Assembly (NCBI RefSeq): GCF_000189295.2
Contig: NC_016803.1
Span: forward strand, 1,950,001 to 1,982,000
DNA length: 32,000 bases
From: Pseudodesulfovibrio mercurii
GTDB lineage: Bacteria; Desulfobacterota; Desulfovibrionia; Desulfovibrionales; Desulfovibrionaceae
Reading direction: 5' to 3'
Part shown: in pieces, positions 1-7,206 of the stretch
How positions within the stretch are numbered: the first letter of the stretch is position 1
How the letters are laid out: each line of letters starts with the position of its first letter
Made by a program: the position numbers and the translations under genes
Notes under the pieces: model-generated
Told to the model about the DNA's origin: nothing
The model's input: only the letters and a program-made list of their open reading frames with translations
The model's database searches: none

Positions 1-402
1 TTCTATGAGGACGTGGCCGAGCCCGCTCCGGCCCCGGCTCCGGTCGTCGTGGCCCCGGCCCCGGCCAAGGAAGTGGTCACCTTCAACCTGAACTTCGGCT
101 TCGACAAGTACCAGATCACCGATGAGATGGTCCCCGTGCTGGAACAGGCCAAGATGATCCTCGAGGAAGACACCGCAGCCACCTACGAGATCTCCGGCCA
201 CACCGACTCCACCGGCACCGAGGCCTACAACCAGGGCCTGTCCGAACGCCGCGCCAACTCCGTCATGAAGTGGCTGACCGACAACGGCGTCAGCGCCGAC
301 CGCCTGGAAGCCAAGGGCTACGGCGAACTCGCGCCCAAGTATGACAACGCCACCAAGGAAGGCCGCAAGCTGAACCGCAGGGTTGAAATCCAGACCAAGT
401 AG
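1..402 (+). CDS. OmpA-family protein, C-terminal peptidoglycan-binding domain (5' end outside window)
   Basis: The frame is open from base 1. A Pro/Ala linker is followed by OmpA-like hallmarks GHTDSTGTEAYNQGLSERRANSV and NRRVEI, with the stop at 400-402. Confidence 0.85.
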   Translation, partial: FYEDVAEPAPAPAPVVVAPAPAKEVVTFNLNFGFDKYQITDEMVPVLEQAKMILEEDTAATYEISGHTDSTGTEAYNQGLSERRANSVMKWLTDNGVSADRLEAKGYGELAPKYDNATKEGRKLNRRVEIQTK

Positions 403-477
403 CGCTATAGGAAATCAAGGTTGGGCGGTGCCCTGCCGCCGCCCAACCTCCTGCTCTGGTTGGAAGGACTCAACGCC

Positions 478-981
478 ATGCACAAATTTACCGTTTATGC
501 CACGTTGGCCGTGTTTCTGACCGGGGCTTTTTTTGCGGCCTCCGCCCTGCCCTGCCGGGCCCAGGACGTCGCAGCCATCGCGCCGGGTGACGCCACCACC
601 CACATCAACACCAAGAACATGCCCCTCTACCTCGACGAGGGGCTGGTCGCCAAGAACGCGGACTTCAGCAAGTTCGCCCGGGTCCGGGCCAAGGCCCTGG
701 ACCGGAACCACCGCCTGGCCCGCTCGCGCATGCAGATCATCAAGCAGGCCGACGGCTCCTTCCTGGCCCGCTACCACGCCATCGACATGGACTCCATCGT
801 CACCAAGGTCAGCCGCTCCAAGTCCAAGACCATCCCCTTCGTGGGCGTCATGCGCTTCTGCGAGCTGGTCATGGAGGCCACGGGCGAGTCCCCGGCCGCC
901 TGCCGGGCCGCCGAGTTCACCCCCGTGACCGTCATCCCCAACCGCCAGATATTCAGCTACAAGAAAGGCACCTGGCAGTAG
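478..981 (+). CDS. Hypothetical secreted protein
   Basis: ATG at 478 gives a signal-peptide-like N terminus, MHKFTVYATLAVFLTGAFFAASALPCRAQ. The TTG at 421 listed in the ORF track adds a non-signal-like extension. Codon third positions are GC-rich like the neighbouring genes. I do not recognise the family. Confidence 0.6.
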   Translation: MHKFTVYATLAVFLTGAFFAASALPCRAQDVAAIAPGDATTHINTKNMPLYLDEGLVAKNADFSKFARVRAKALDRNHRLARSRMQIIKQADGSFLARYHAIDMDSIVTKVSRSKSKTIPFVGVMRFCELVMEATGESPAACRAAEFTPVTVIPNRQIFSYKKGTWQ

Positions 982-1164
982 GCCGACCCGCTCCCCGTTC
1001 CCCCGGCGGTCCGCACCGCTCTCGACGCACGTCCATCGTCCGCCCATCGCCCGCCTGGCCTGGGGCCGCGCCGGGTTGCCAGGAGCGCGCCGCCATTCTA
1101 TACAGGGTTTGATCCCCGCCGTCCGGGAACGCCCGGCCGGCCACCTTCCGCCAAGGGGGCGACG

Positions 1165-2355
1165 ATGATCAACTACTGGCCGCTCAAGTACGAAACCCCG
1201 GACATGCGCCGCCGCACCGTGGACGGGCTGCGCTGCCTGCGCAAGCTGATCGGCGAGGCCATGCCCGAGCCCTCCCTGCACGACACCCTGGTGCTCGGCA
1301 CCTGGAACATCCGCAACTTCGACGACAACCGCTTCGGCCACGGCCCGCGCATCAGGGAGGCCATGTACTTCCTGGCCGAGACCATCTCGGCCTTCGACGT
1401 TCTGGCCGTGCAGGAACTCTGCCGCGACCTCGGCCCCCTGCGCCAGCTCATGCGCCTGCTCGGCCCACAGTACGACTACATCGTCACCGACGTGGCCGAA
1501 CAGGACGGCGGCAACCGGGAGCGGCTCGGCTTCATCTACAACCGGGCCAAGGTCCGGTTCAAGGGCGTGGCCGGGGAGATGGTCCTGCCGGTGCGCGACC
1601 TCATCGAACACGGCGACGCACACCTCCAGCCCGCACGCTCGCCCTTCGGCTGCGAGTTCCAGGCGGGCTGGTTCCGCTTCCTGTTCACCACGGTGCACAT
1701 CTATTTCGGCAAGGAGAGCCAGGGGTCCCCGGAATACGCCCGGCGCGTGGCCGAGATCGACGCCGTGGCCGCCAACATCGCGGCCCGCGCCGAAAAGGAG
1801 CCGTGCAGCTACATCCTGGTGGGCGACTTCAACATCGACAAGATGGGCGATCCCTCGGGCAACGCCCTCATCCGCAACGGCTTCCAGGCCGCCCAGAACA
1901 ACGTGGGCTCCAACGCGGACAGGACCAAGTTCTACGACCAGATCTCCTGGCTGCCGCGCAAGGGCACGGTCCGCCAGACCCGCTCGGCCCGCAACCAGGG
2001 CGTCCTGGACGTGCTCTCGGCGGTCATGGACGAAGACCGCTTCCCGGACTACCGGCAGGCCGTGGAGGCCACGGTCCGAGGTCAGCTCGACAAGGCCCGG
2101 ACCGAACGCGCCGAGGCCCTGGCCGGACACAAGGACACGGACACCCTGGACAGGCGCATCGCCAAACTCGATGCCCTGCTGGCCGACCCGGCCGGGCTCA
2201 GGGACTACTATCTCACGACCTGGCGGACCTTCCAGGTCTCCGACCACCTGCCCCTTTGGGTGGAACTGTCCATCGACTTCAGCGCCGAATACCTCACCCG
2301 GCTGCGCAACATGTCCGGCACCCTGATCCGGGACAATGTGGATATCCCCATGTAG
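1165..2355 (+). CDS. Endonuclease/exonuclease/phosphatase (EEP) family protein
   Basis: EEP motifs are present: LGTWNIRNF near the N terminus, LAVQE, GDFN, and SDHLPLWVEL near the C terminus. AAGGGGG lies upstream of the ATG. Confidence 0.8.
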   Translation: MINYWPLKYETPDMRRRTVDGLRCLRKLIGEAMPEPSLHDTLVLGTWNIRNFDDNRFGHGPRIREAMYFLAETISAFDVLAVQELCRDLGPLRQLMRLLGPQYDYIVTDVAEQDGGNRERLGFIYNRAKVRFKGVAGEMVLPVRDLIEHGDAHLQPARSPFGCEFQAGWFRFLFTTVHIYFGKESQGSPEYARRVAEIDAVAANIAARAEKEPCSYILVGDFNIDKMGDPSGNALIRNGFQAAQNNVGSNADRTKFYDQISWLPRKGTVRQTRSARNQGVLDVLSAVMDEDRFPDYRQAVEATVRGQLDKARTERAEALAGHKDTDTLDRRIAKLDALLADPAGLRDYYLTTWRTFQVSDHLPLWVELSIDFSAEYLTRLRNMSGTLIRDNVDIPM

Positions 2356-2430
2356 CGGCTGGACAAACCCGGCCCGGACCCGCATGATGCGGGTCCACCG
2401 GAACCGGCAACCTCCCGAGGAAGTACAGAC

Positions 2431-2634
2431 ATGGACGGAAGAACCCGCAAGGACATCCACCCCGGCCAGCTGGTGGACATCGTGCTCAAGCAGGATCAGC
2501 CCACCGGCAGGCTGACCCGCGGCACGGTGGCCGCCCTGCTGACCAAATCCCCCACCCACCCGCACGGCATCAAGGTCCGCCTGACCGATGGCCGGGTGGG
2601 CCGGGTCAAGGCCATCCTCGAGCAGGGAGACTGA
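2431..2634 (+). CDS. ywbE: YwbE family small protein (DUF2196-like)
   Basis: The 67-aa product has the pattern GxxVxIVLKQDQxTGxLTxGxVxxxLTxSxxHPHGIKVRLxxGxVGRV, which is typical of YwbE. Confidence 0.7.
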   Translation: MDGRTRKDIHPGQLVDIVLKQDQPTGRLTRGTVAALLTKSPTHPHGIKVRLTDGRVGRVKAILEQGD

Positions 2635-2636
2635 CC

Positions 2637-3092
2637 GTGGCCCTGCGCATATGGGTGGACGCCGACGCCTGCCCCAACACGGTCAAGGAAATCCTGTTCA
2701 AGGCCGCCCTGCGCCGCCAAATCCCCATGACCCTGGTGGCCAACATGCCGCTACGCGTGCCGCCCTCCCCGCTCATCGAGACCATCCAGGTGGGCGCGGG
2801 CTTCAACGCGGCAGACGACGAGATCGCCCGCCGGGTCCAACCCGGCGACCTGGTTGTCACCGCCGACATCCCCCTGGCCGACGCCGTCGTGACCCGAGGC
2901 GCCACCGGCCTCAACCCGCGCGGCGAACTCTACACCGAAGACAACGTCAAGAGCCTCCTGCGCATGCGCAACCTCATGGAGGAACTGCGCTCCGCCAACC
3001 TCGCCCCCGGCGGCCCCGCCCCCCTCGGGTCCAAAGACAAACAACTCTTCACCAACCAACTCGACCGCTTCCTGACCAGGAATACGAAGTAG
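2637..3092 (+). CDS. yaiI: YaiI/YqxD family protein (UPF0178/DUF188)
   Basis: GTG start lies 2 nt after the ywbE stop, with GGGAGA upstream. N terminus IWVDADACP and internal GxxAADDxI...GDLVVTxDIPLA match the UPF0178 pattern. Confidence 0.75.
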   Translation: MALRIWVDADACPNTVKEILFKAALRRQIPMTLVANMPLRVPPSPLIETIQVGAGFNAADDEIARRVQPGDLVVTADIPLADAVVTRGATGLNPRGELYTEDNVKSLLRMRNLMEELRSANLAPGGPAPLGSKDKQLFTNQLDRFLTRNTK

Positions 3093-3158
3093 GATGCCTC
3101 CGGGCCTCCAGCCGTTGGCGAGTCTTCGAGCCTTACGGATGAGGACAGCAGCGATCGG

Positions 3159-3214
3159 CCGGGGGAAGGGGAGGAAAAACCCTTTGAAAAGGGTTTTTCC
3201 TCCCCTTCCCCCGG
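3159..3214. repeat. Perfect 26-bp-stem palindrome with TGAA loop (REP-like element)
   Basis: I paired it base by base: 3159-3184 is the exact reverse complement of 3189-3214. The core AACCCTTT..AAAGGGTT is shared with the palindrome at 31646-31675. Confidence 0.9.
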
Positions 3215-3333
3215 ACCCCCATCCCCTCCTTTTCCCAAACTCTTTGTCGCCGCTTCGCGGGGAGGGTTGCAGCTTCACCGCCTTCGCCCAATAAACCGAC
3301 CGGAAGCCCCCTCTTCCCTCTTCCTGGAGCGTT

Positions 3334-3362
3334 TCGGGTGCGCAGCACCCGACAGCGGCTCT
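3334..3362 (+). repeat. Hairpin module TCGGGTGC-GCA-GCACCCGA followed by CAGCGGCTCT
   Basis: The same module occurs in inverted orientation at 28981-29011. Confidence 0.8.
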
Positions 3363-3400
3363 TCTTCGCCGCACCTCCGTCCTCGGAAGCCGCTTCACAC

Positions 3401-3430
3401 AAAAAAAGCCCGGTCTCCAAGAGACCGGGC
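3401..3430 (-). terminator. Rho-independent terminator downstream of roo
   Basis: Minus strand reads GCCCGGTCTC-TTG-GAGACCGGGC followed by T7, starting 25 nt after the roo stop. Confidence 0.85.
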
Positions 3431-3454
3431 CTTGATTGCATAATGAGAAGGAGA

Positions 3455-4657
3455 CTAGAAGCCCCACTTCGCCTTGATCGCGGCGGCGATCTGCTTGCCC
3501 TGCTCGTAGCACTTGCCGAGCACTTCATGGTCGGGCACATACTGGTTCTTGACCGGCTCGACCATCTCCATGCCCATGTCCTCGAGCCACTGGGTCAGGA
3601 TCTTGACGCATTCGCCGGACCAGCCGAAGGAGCCCACGGCGGAACCGATCTTGTTCTGGGGGCGCAGACCCTTCATGTAGGTCAGCATGTCGCCCATGAG
3701 CGGCAGGATGCCGTTGTTGTGGGTCGGGGACCCGACGACCACGGCGGCCGCGTCGAAGACCTCGGCCATGACGTCGGAGTGGTGGTTGTTCTTCATGCAC
3801 ATGACGCGCACGGACACGCCCTCGTCGGCCAGGCCCGCGGCGACGGCCTCGGCCATCTTCTCGGTGGAGTGCCACATGGTGTCGTAGACGATGACCGCCT
3901 TGTTCTTGGGCTTCTGCTCGGCGTACCCCTGGTACGTCTCCATGACCCAGTTGCAGTCGTCGCCCCGGAAGAGCAGGCCGTGGTCCGGGCAGATGGTGTC
4001 GATCTCCAGCCCCATCTCCTTGATGGCGGCCAGGGTCTTGAGCACCACCGGGGAGTACGGCAGGACGATGTTGGCGTAGTAGTTGGCCATGAGCTCTTCC
4101 AACCGGTAGCGGTCCACCTGGTCGGCCCAGCGCTCGGAAGTGGCCCAGTTCTGGCCGAAGGCGTCGTTGGTGAAGACGATCTTGTCCTCCGGGCAGTAGG
4201 TCAGCATGGAATCGGGCCAGTGCAGCATGCGGGTCTCGACAAAGGAGAGGGTCCGCGCGCCGATCTTGATCTCGGTGCCGGTGGGCACGACCTCCACGGG
4301 CCAGTCCGTGTACTTGAAGTGGGCCTTCATGGCCTTCTGGCCCATGGGCGAGGTGTAAACCTTCTCGGGCTGGTATTTCTCCACGACCTTGGCCAGGCAG
4401 CCGGAGTGGTCGGGCTCGAGGTGGTTGGCCACCACGTAGTCGATCTTCCGGTCGCCGAGCACCTGGGCGATGTTGCACTGCAGGGTGCCCCAGAATCTCT
4501 CGTCCACGGTATCGATCAGGGTCACCTTCTCGTCCACGATCAGAAAATTATTGTAGGTGGTGCCCTTGTGCGCCTTGGAATAGCCGTGGAAGTCGCGACG
4601 GTTCCAGTCCACCGCGCCCAGCCAGTAAATGCCCTTCTTGATTTCAACAGGTCTCAT
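3455..4657 (-). CDS. roo: Rubredoxin:oxygen oxidoreductase (flavodiiron protein, class A)
   Basis: Similar from end to end to my memory of D. gigas ROO: DWNxRDFHGY, HLEPDHSG, MLHWPDSM, WHSTEKMA, GSPTHNNGILP, GSFGWSGE. ATG at 4657 has GGAGAAG 6 nt upstream, so I prefer it to the GTG at 4669 in the ORF track. Confidence 0.93.
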   Translation of the reverse strand: MRPVEIKKGIYWLGAVDWNRRDFHGYSKAHKGTTYNNFLIVDEKVTLIDTVDERFWGTLQCNIAQVLGDRKIDYVVANHLEPDHSGCLAKVVEKYQPEKVYTSPMGQKAMKAHFKYTDWPVEVVPTGTEIKIGARTLSFVETRMLHWPDSMLTYCPEDKIVFTNDAFGQNWATSERWADQVDRYRLEELMANYYANIVLPYSPVVLKTLAAIKEMGLEIDTICPDHGLLFRGDDCNWVMETYQGYAEQKPKNKAVIVYDTMWHSTEKMAEAVAAGLADEGVSVRVMCMKNNHHSDVMAEVFDAAAVVVGSPTHNNGILPLMGDMLTYMKGLRPQNKIGSAVGSFGWSGECVKILTQWLEDMGMEMVEPVKNQYVPDHEVLGKCYEQGKQIAAAIKAKWGF

Positions 4658-4696
4658 GGTCTTCTCCACATTGAGCGGTTGCTCAACCGCTATGGT

Positions 4697-4730
4697 AAAA
4701 AAAGGAGCGCGAACCGTGGGTGCGCGCTCC
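4697..4730 (-). terminator. Rho-independent terminator between rubredoxin ORF and roo
   Basis: Minus strand reads GGAGCGCG-(11-nt loop)-CGCGCTCC followed by T7. A second 7-bp hairpin (4674-4691) sits just before the roo SD. Confidence 0.7.
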
Positions 4731-4753
4731 CTGGCCGCTGGTCGGGCCGAAAA

Positions 4754-4915
4754 TTAACCCTCGGGTACGAAGCTGTCCTTGCCCGCACCACAGACCGGAC
4801 AGGTCCAGTCGTCCGGCAGGTCCTCAAACTTGGTCCCGGCCGGGATGTCGGCATCGGAATCACCCTCGGCGGGGTCGTAAACATAGCCACAAATCTCGCA
4901 CACGTATTTCTGCAT
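4754..4915 (-). CDS. rub: Alternative product: stand-alone 53-aa canonical rubredoxin from an internal start
   Basis: The internal ATG at 4915 is preceded by AAGGAG with a 9-nt spacer. The 53-aa length is that of a classical Desulfovibrio rubredoxin. Confidence 0.45.
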   Translation of the reverse strand: MQKYVCEICGYVYDPAEGDSDADIPAGTKFEDLPDDWTCPVCGAGKDSFVPEG

Positions 4916-5203
4916 GGGATCGGTCTCCTTTTGGACTTGTATTTTTGCAGCAGCGGCGGCCGCTGTCAACTTCTTGGGGTCGGTTTCAACGGGCAATTCA
5001 CAATCCGTCCGGGTCGAACCCGGACCGGCCAGGGGGCGGAAACACTTCTTGGTGCCCCCGCAGATGGGACAGCGCCAGTCGTCCGGCAGGTCCTCGAACC
5101 GGGTGCCCTTGGGGATCTTGCCCTTCCGGTCGCCCTTGTCCGGGTTGTAGATATAGCCGCAGTTCACGGTTTGGCACTGATACATCTCTTCGGGCAGGGC
5201 CAT
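4754..5203 (-). CDS. rub: Tandem rubredoxin ORF: N-terminal CX4C...CX2C (type-II-like) rubredoxin domain, 38-aa linker, C-terminal canonical rubredoxin
   Basis: A single 149-aa ORF with no in-frame stop. Domain 1 is [14 protein letters not shown]...[10 protein letters not shown]. Domain 2 is [12 protein letters not shown]...[22 protein letters not shown] lies upstream of the ATG at 5203. Confidence 0.65.
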   Translation of the reverse strand: MALPEEMYQCQTVNCGYIYNPDKGDRKGKIPKGTRFEDLPDDWRCPICGGTKKCFRPLAGPGSTRTDCELPVETDPKKLTAAAAAAKIQVQKETDPMQKYVCEICGYVYDPAEGDSDADIPAGTKFEDLPDDWTCPVCGAGKDSFVPEG

Positions 5204-5219
5204 GTCGCCTCCCTGGGGG

Positions 5220-5247
5220 AAAAGGGGCGGGCCTTGCGGCCCACCCC
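5220..5247 (-). terminator. Terminator/attenuator-like hairpin between dfx and the rubredoxin ORF
   Basis: Minus strand reads GGGGTGGGCC-GCAA-GGCCCGCCCC (one G-T wobble) followed by TTTT then C-run. The short T tract makes this weaker than the other terminators. Confidence 0.4.
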
Positions 5248-5295
5248 GGGGTGTCTCTCACGCGCGCCCTGCGGCGTCGCGGCACAGGGGATCGC

Positions 5296-5685
5296 CTACG
5301 CGGAGGCGGTCCACAGACCGTGAATGTTGCAGTACTCGCGGGCCTTGAGCGGGCCGGACAGGCCGCAGATGCAGAATTCGGCCTCGGGCTTCTCGCCGGG
5401 CTTGAGCATCTTGGTCAGGACCACGTCGCCCACCTGGAGCTCGATCCACTCGATGTAGTGCTTCTCCTCCATGGGATGGGCCACGGAACCGACCTTGACG
5501 GTGACCTTGTCGCCGTCCTTCTCGATGACGGGGACGTGCTTTTCCTTGGCGGCGTCCACAGTGTTTTCGGTCATCTGGACCATCTCCTCGCCGCAGCAGA
5601 CCAGGCTGCCGCCGCCTTCGTGAATGGCCATGACGATGTTGCCGCAGATATTACACTTGTACACTTCGCCCAGTTTGATAGCCAT
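5296..5685 (-). CDS. dfx: Desulfoferrodoxin (2Fe superoxide reductase)
   Basis: N-terminal desulforedoxin motifs are CNICGN and LVCCGE. The neelaredoxin domain shows [28 protein letters not shown] and [16 protein letters not shown] lies upstream of the ATG. Confidence 0.93.
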   Translation of the reverse strand: MAIKLGEVYKCNICGNIVMAIHEGGGSLVCCGEEMVQMTENTVDAAKEKHVPVIEKDGDKVTVKVGSVAHPMEEKHYIEWIELQVGDVVLTKMLKPGEKPEAEFCICGLSGPLKAREYCNIHGLWTASA

Positions 5686-5713
5686 GTCGAATCCTCCTTG
5701 GATGACGTAAAAA

Positions 5714-6286
5714 TTACCAGTTGGTGTCCTTGATCTCGAAATGGGCCTGGGGATGGTCGCAGGCCGGGCACTTCACGGGAGCGGTGGTGCCCCTGTGATT
5801 GTAACCGCAGTTCTGGCAGCGCCAGACGATCTCCTCGTCCTTGGAAAAGACGCGGTCGGTCTCGATGTTCTTGATGAGGGCCTTGTAGCGCTCCTCATGG
5901 TACCGCTCGGCCACGGCGATGTTCTCCATGACCGCGGCGATCTCGTTGAAACCCTCCTGGCGCGCGATCTTGGCGAACCCGGGGTACATCTCGGTGTTCT
6001 CCTCGTGCTCGCCGGCCGCGGCGGCCTTGAGGTTCTCCAGGGTGTTGCCGATGACCCCGGCGGGGAAGGTGCCGGATACCTCGGCGGTGCCGCCCTCCAG
6101 GAACTTGAACAACCGCTTGGCGTGTTCCTTCTCGTGTCCGGCGGTCTCCTCGAAAATCTTGGAAATCTGCACGTAGCCCTCTTTCTTGGCCACGCTGGCG
6201 TAGTAGGTATACCGGTTGCGGGCCTGGGACTCGCCGGTGAATGCATACATCAGGTTCTTCTCGGTCTGGGTTCCTTTCAGGGACAT
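5714..6286 (-). CDS. rbr: Rubrerythrin
   Basis: Ferritin-like diiron domain ([37 protein letters not shown]) plus a C-terminal rubredoxin-like CQNCG...CPACDHP. ATG at 6286 has AAGGAGG 5 nt upstream and gives 190 aa. I reject the 6334 start in the ORF track. Confidence 0.92.
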   Translation of the reverse strand: MSLKGTQTEKNLMYAFTGESQARNRYTYYASVAKKEGYVQISKIFEETAGHEKEHAKRLFKFLEGGTAEVSGTFPAGVIGNTLENLKAAAAGEHEENTEMYPGFAKIARQEGFNEIAAVMENIAVAERYHEERYKALIKNIETDRVFSKDEEIVWRCQNCGYNHRGTTAPVKCPACDHPQAHFEIKDTNW

Positions 6287-6446
6287 TATTCCTCCTTGTG
6301 GAATGGATCCTTGGTGTTCCGATTCAGATGCCACCGTACACGAAAACAGGGGGCTTGTCGCATTATTCCGTGAGAAGGTGTTGCGTCTTTCGTTCTTTCA
6401 TCGTTTATCCTGGCGGCGCATTGGCTTATTGCCAAGATGGGAATTA

Positions 6447-6475
6447 TTACTAATTATAAACCCGCTCCCTGTCAA
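6447..6475 (-). promoter_or_regulatory. Putative sigma70 promoter of rbr (TTGACA-N17-TAGTAA) overlapped by an AT-rich PerR/Fur-type box
   Basis: The minus strand has TTGACA (6475-6470), a 17-nt spacer and TAGTAA (6452-6447). The imperfect palindrome ATTATTA-C-TAATTAT (6443-6457) covers the -10. The perR promoter has the same architecture. Confidence 0.5.
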
Positions 6476-6496
6476 GCGATGTGCGGGCCATAGAAT

Positions 6497-6533
6497 CAAA
6501 AAATAAAGCCGGTTGCCCCGAGAGGCAACCGGC
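6497..6533 (-). terminator. Rho-independent terminator downstream of perR
   Basis: Minus strand reads GCCGGTTGCC-TCTCGG-GGCAACCGGC followed by TTTATTTTTTG. Confidence 0.85.
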
Positions 6534-6567
6534 CTTGCGCCGCGGATGCGGATATTTTCCGAAATGT

Positions 6568-6966
6568 CTATTGCCGCGCGGCCTGGCACTTGGGGCAGAT
6601 GCCCACGAATTCCACGTTGGTGGTCAGGATCTTGAAGCCGCCGGCGCAGCTCTCCGGGATGTCCGGGATGTCGATGTCGCACTCCACGTCCACCACGGCC
6701 GTGCAGATCTCGCAGCGGATGTGCGGATGCGGCTCAGGAGTGCCGTCGAACCGTTTCTGCTCGCCGGGCGCACCCAGCTTGAGGACCAGTCCCTTGGAGG
6801 ACAGGAACTCGAGATTCCGGTACACGGTGCCCAGGCTGATCCTGGGAATGATCTTGCGCACCATGTCGTAAACCTCGTCGGCCGTGGGGTGCGTCTTCAC
6901 TTTCCGCAACTCTTCCAATATCACTTTCCGCTGCTTGGAAAGCCTGAAACCCATTTCCTGAGCCAT
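6568..6966 (-). CDS. perR: Fur-family transcriptional regulator, probably peroxide-responsive PerR
   Basis: A winged-helix region (RKVILEEL...HPTADEVY...ISLGTVYRNLEFL) is followed by two CXXC pairs, CEIC and CPKC. ATG at 6966 has GGAGG 6 nt upstream. The PerR call comes from adjacency to rbr, as in D. vulgaris perR-rbr. Confidence 0.8.
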   Translation of the reverse strand: MAQEMGFRLSKQRKVILEELRKVKTHPTADEVYDMVRKIIPRISLGTVYRNLEFLSSKGLVLKLGAPGEQKRFDGTPEPHPHIRCEICTAVVDVECDIDIPDIPESCAGGFKILTTNVEFVGICPKCQAARQ

Positions 6967-6991
6967 GGACGTCCTCCATATTTGATAACAA

Positions 6992-7020
6992 TTACTATTC
7001 CCCTGGTCCATTCTTGTCAA
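6992..7020 (-). promoter_or_regulatory. Putative sigma70 promoter of perR (TTGACA-N17-TAGTAA) with overlapping AT-rich operator-like sequence
   Basis: The minus strand has TTGACA (7020-7015), a 17-nt spacer and TAGTAA (6997-6992). GAATAGTAATTGTTATCAAAT spans the -10 and the likely start site. Confidence 0.5.
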
Positions 7021-7163
7021 GAGGAATCCGTGCAGGCGGAATCATGGCGTATTAGCCCAGAAAACAAAATACTGCAAATGGTCCGGTTGTGTCGACCGCA
7101 GTACCTTTGATTTGCTGGACAAGTTACGCCCGTCACGGACGGCGCGCCGCGCCCGGAGCAGGG

Positions 7164-7189
7164 AAAAGGGCCCGGCCGAAGCCGGGCCC
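7164..7189 (-). terminator. Rho-independent terminator downstream of the MCP gene
   Basis: Minus strand reads GGGCCCGGC-TTCG-GCCGGGCCC followed by TTTT. Confidence 0.75.
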
Positions 7190-7206
7190 CGTCATGCGTT
7201 GGGCCG

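Noticed and set aside
421-477. TTG start extending the secreted hypothetical protein by 19 residues
   Set aside because: The extension precedes a clean signal peptide that begins at ATG 478. I found no better ribosome-binding site for the TTG.
2376-2396. Terminator after the EEP gene (GGACCCGCA-TGA-TGCGGGTCC)
   Set aside because: It is a good 9-bp hairpin but has no T tract on either side. It lies 35 nt before the co-oriented ywbE start, so I did not call it a terminator.
415-2565. 716-aa ORF on the minus strand spanning three plus-strand genes
   Set aside because: It is a typical high-GC shadow ORF: Gly/Arg/Pro/Val-rich, with no domains and no SD. It lies antisense to clearly recognisable EEP and YwbE genes.
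3338-5323. 661-aa plus-strand ORF opposite roo and the rubredoxin ORF
   Set aside because: It is a shadow ORF of the well-supported roo/rub genes. Its composition (G, V, H, D, L repeats) mirrors antisense codons.
7040-7110. Sigma-54 promoter in the AT-richer patch upstream of perR
   Set aside because: The GG and GC elements I could find (GGACCATTTGC) are 7 nt apart. The TGGCAC-N5-TTGC geometry requires 10 nt.
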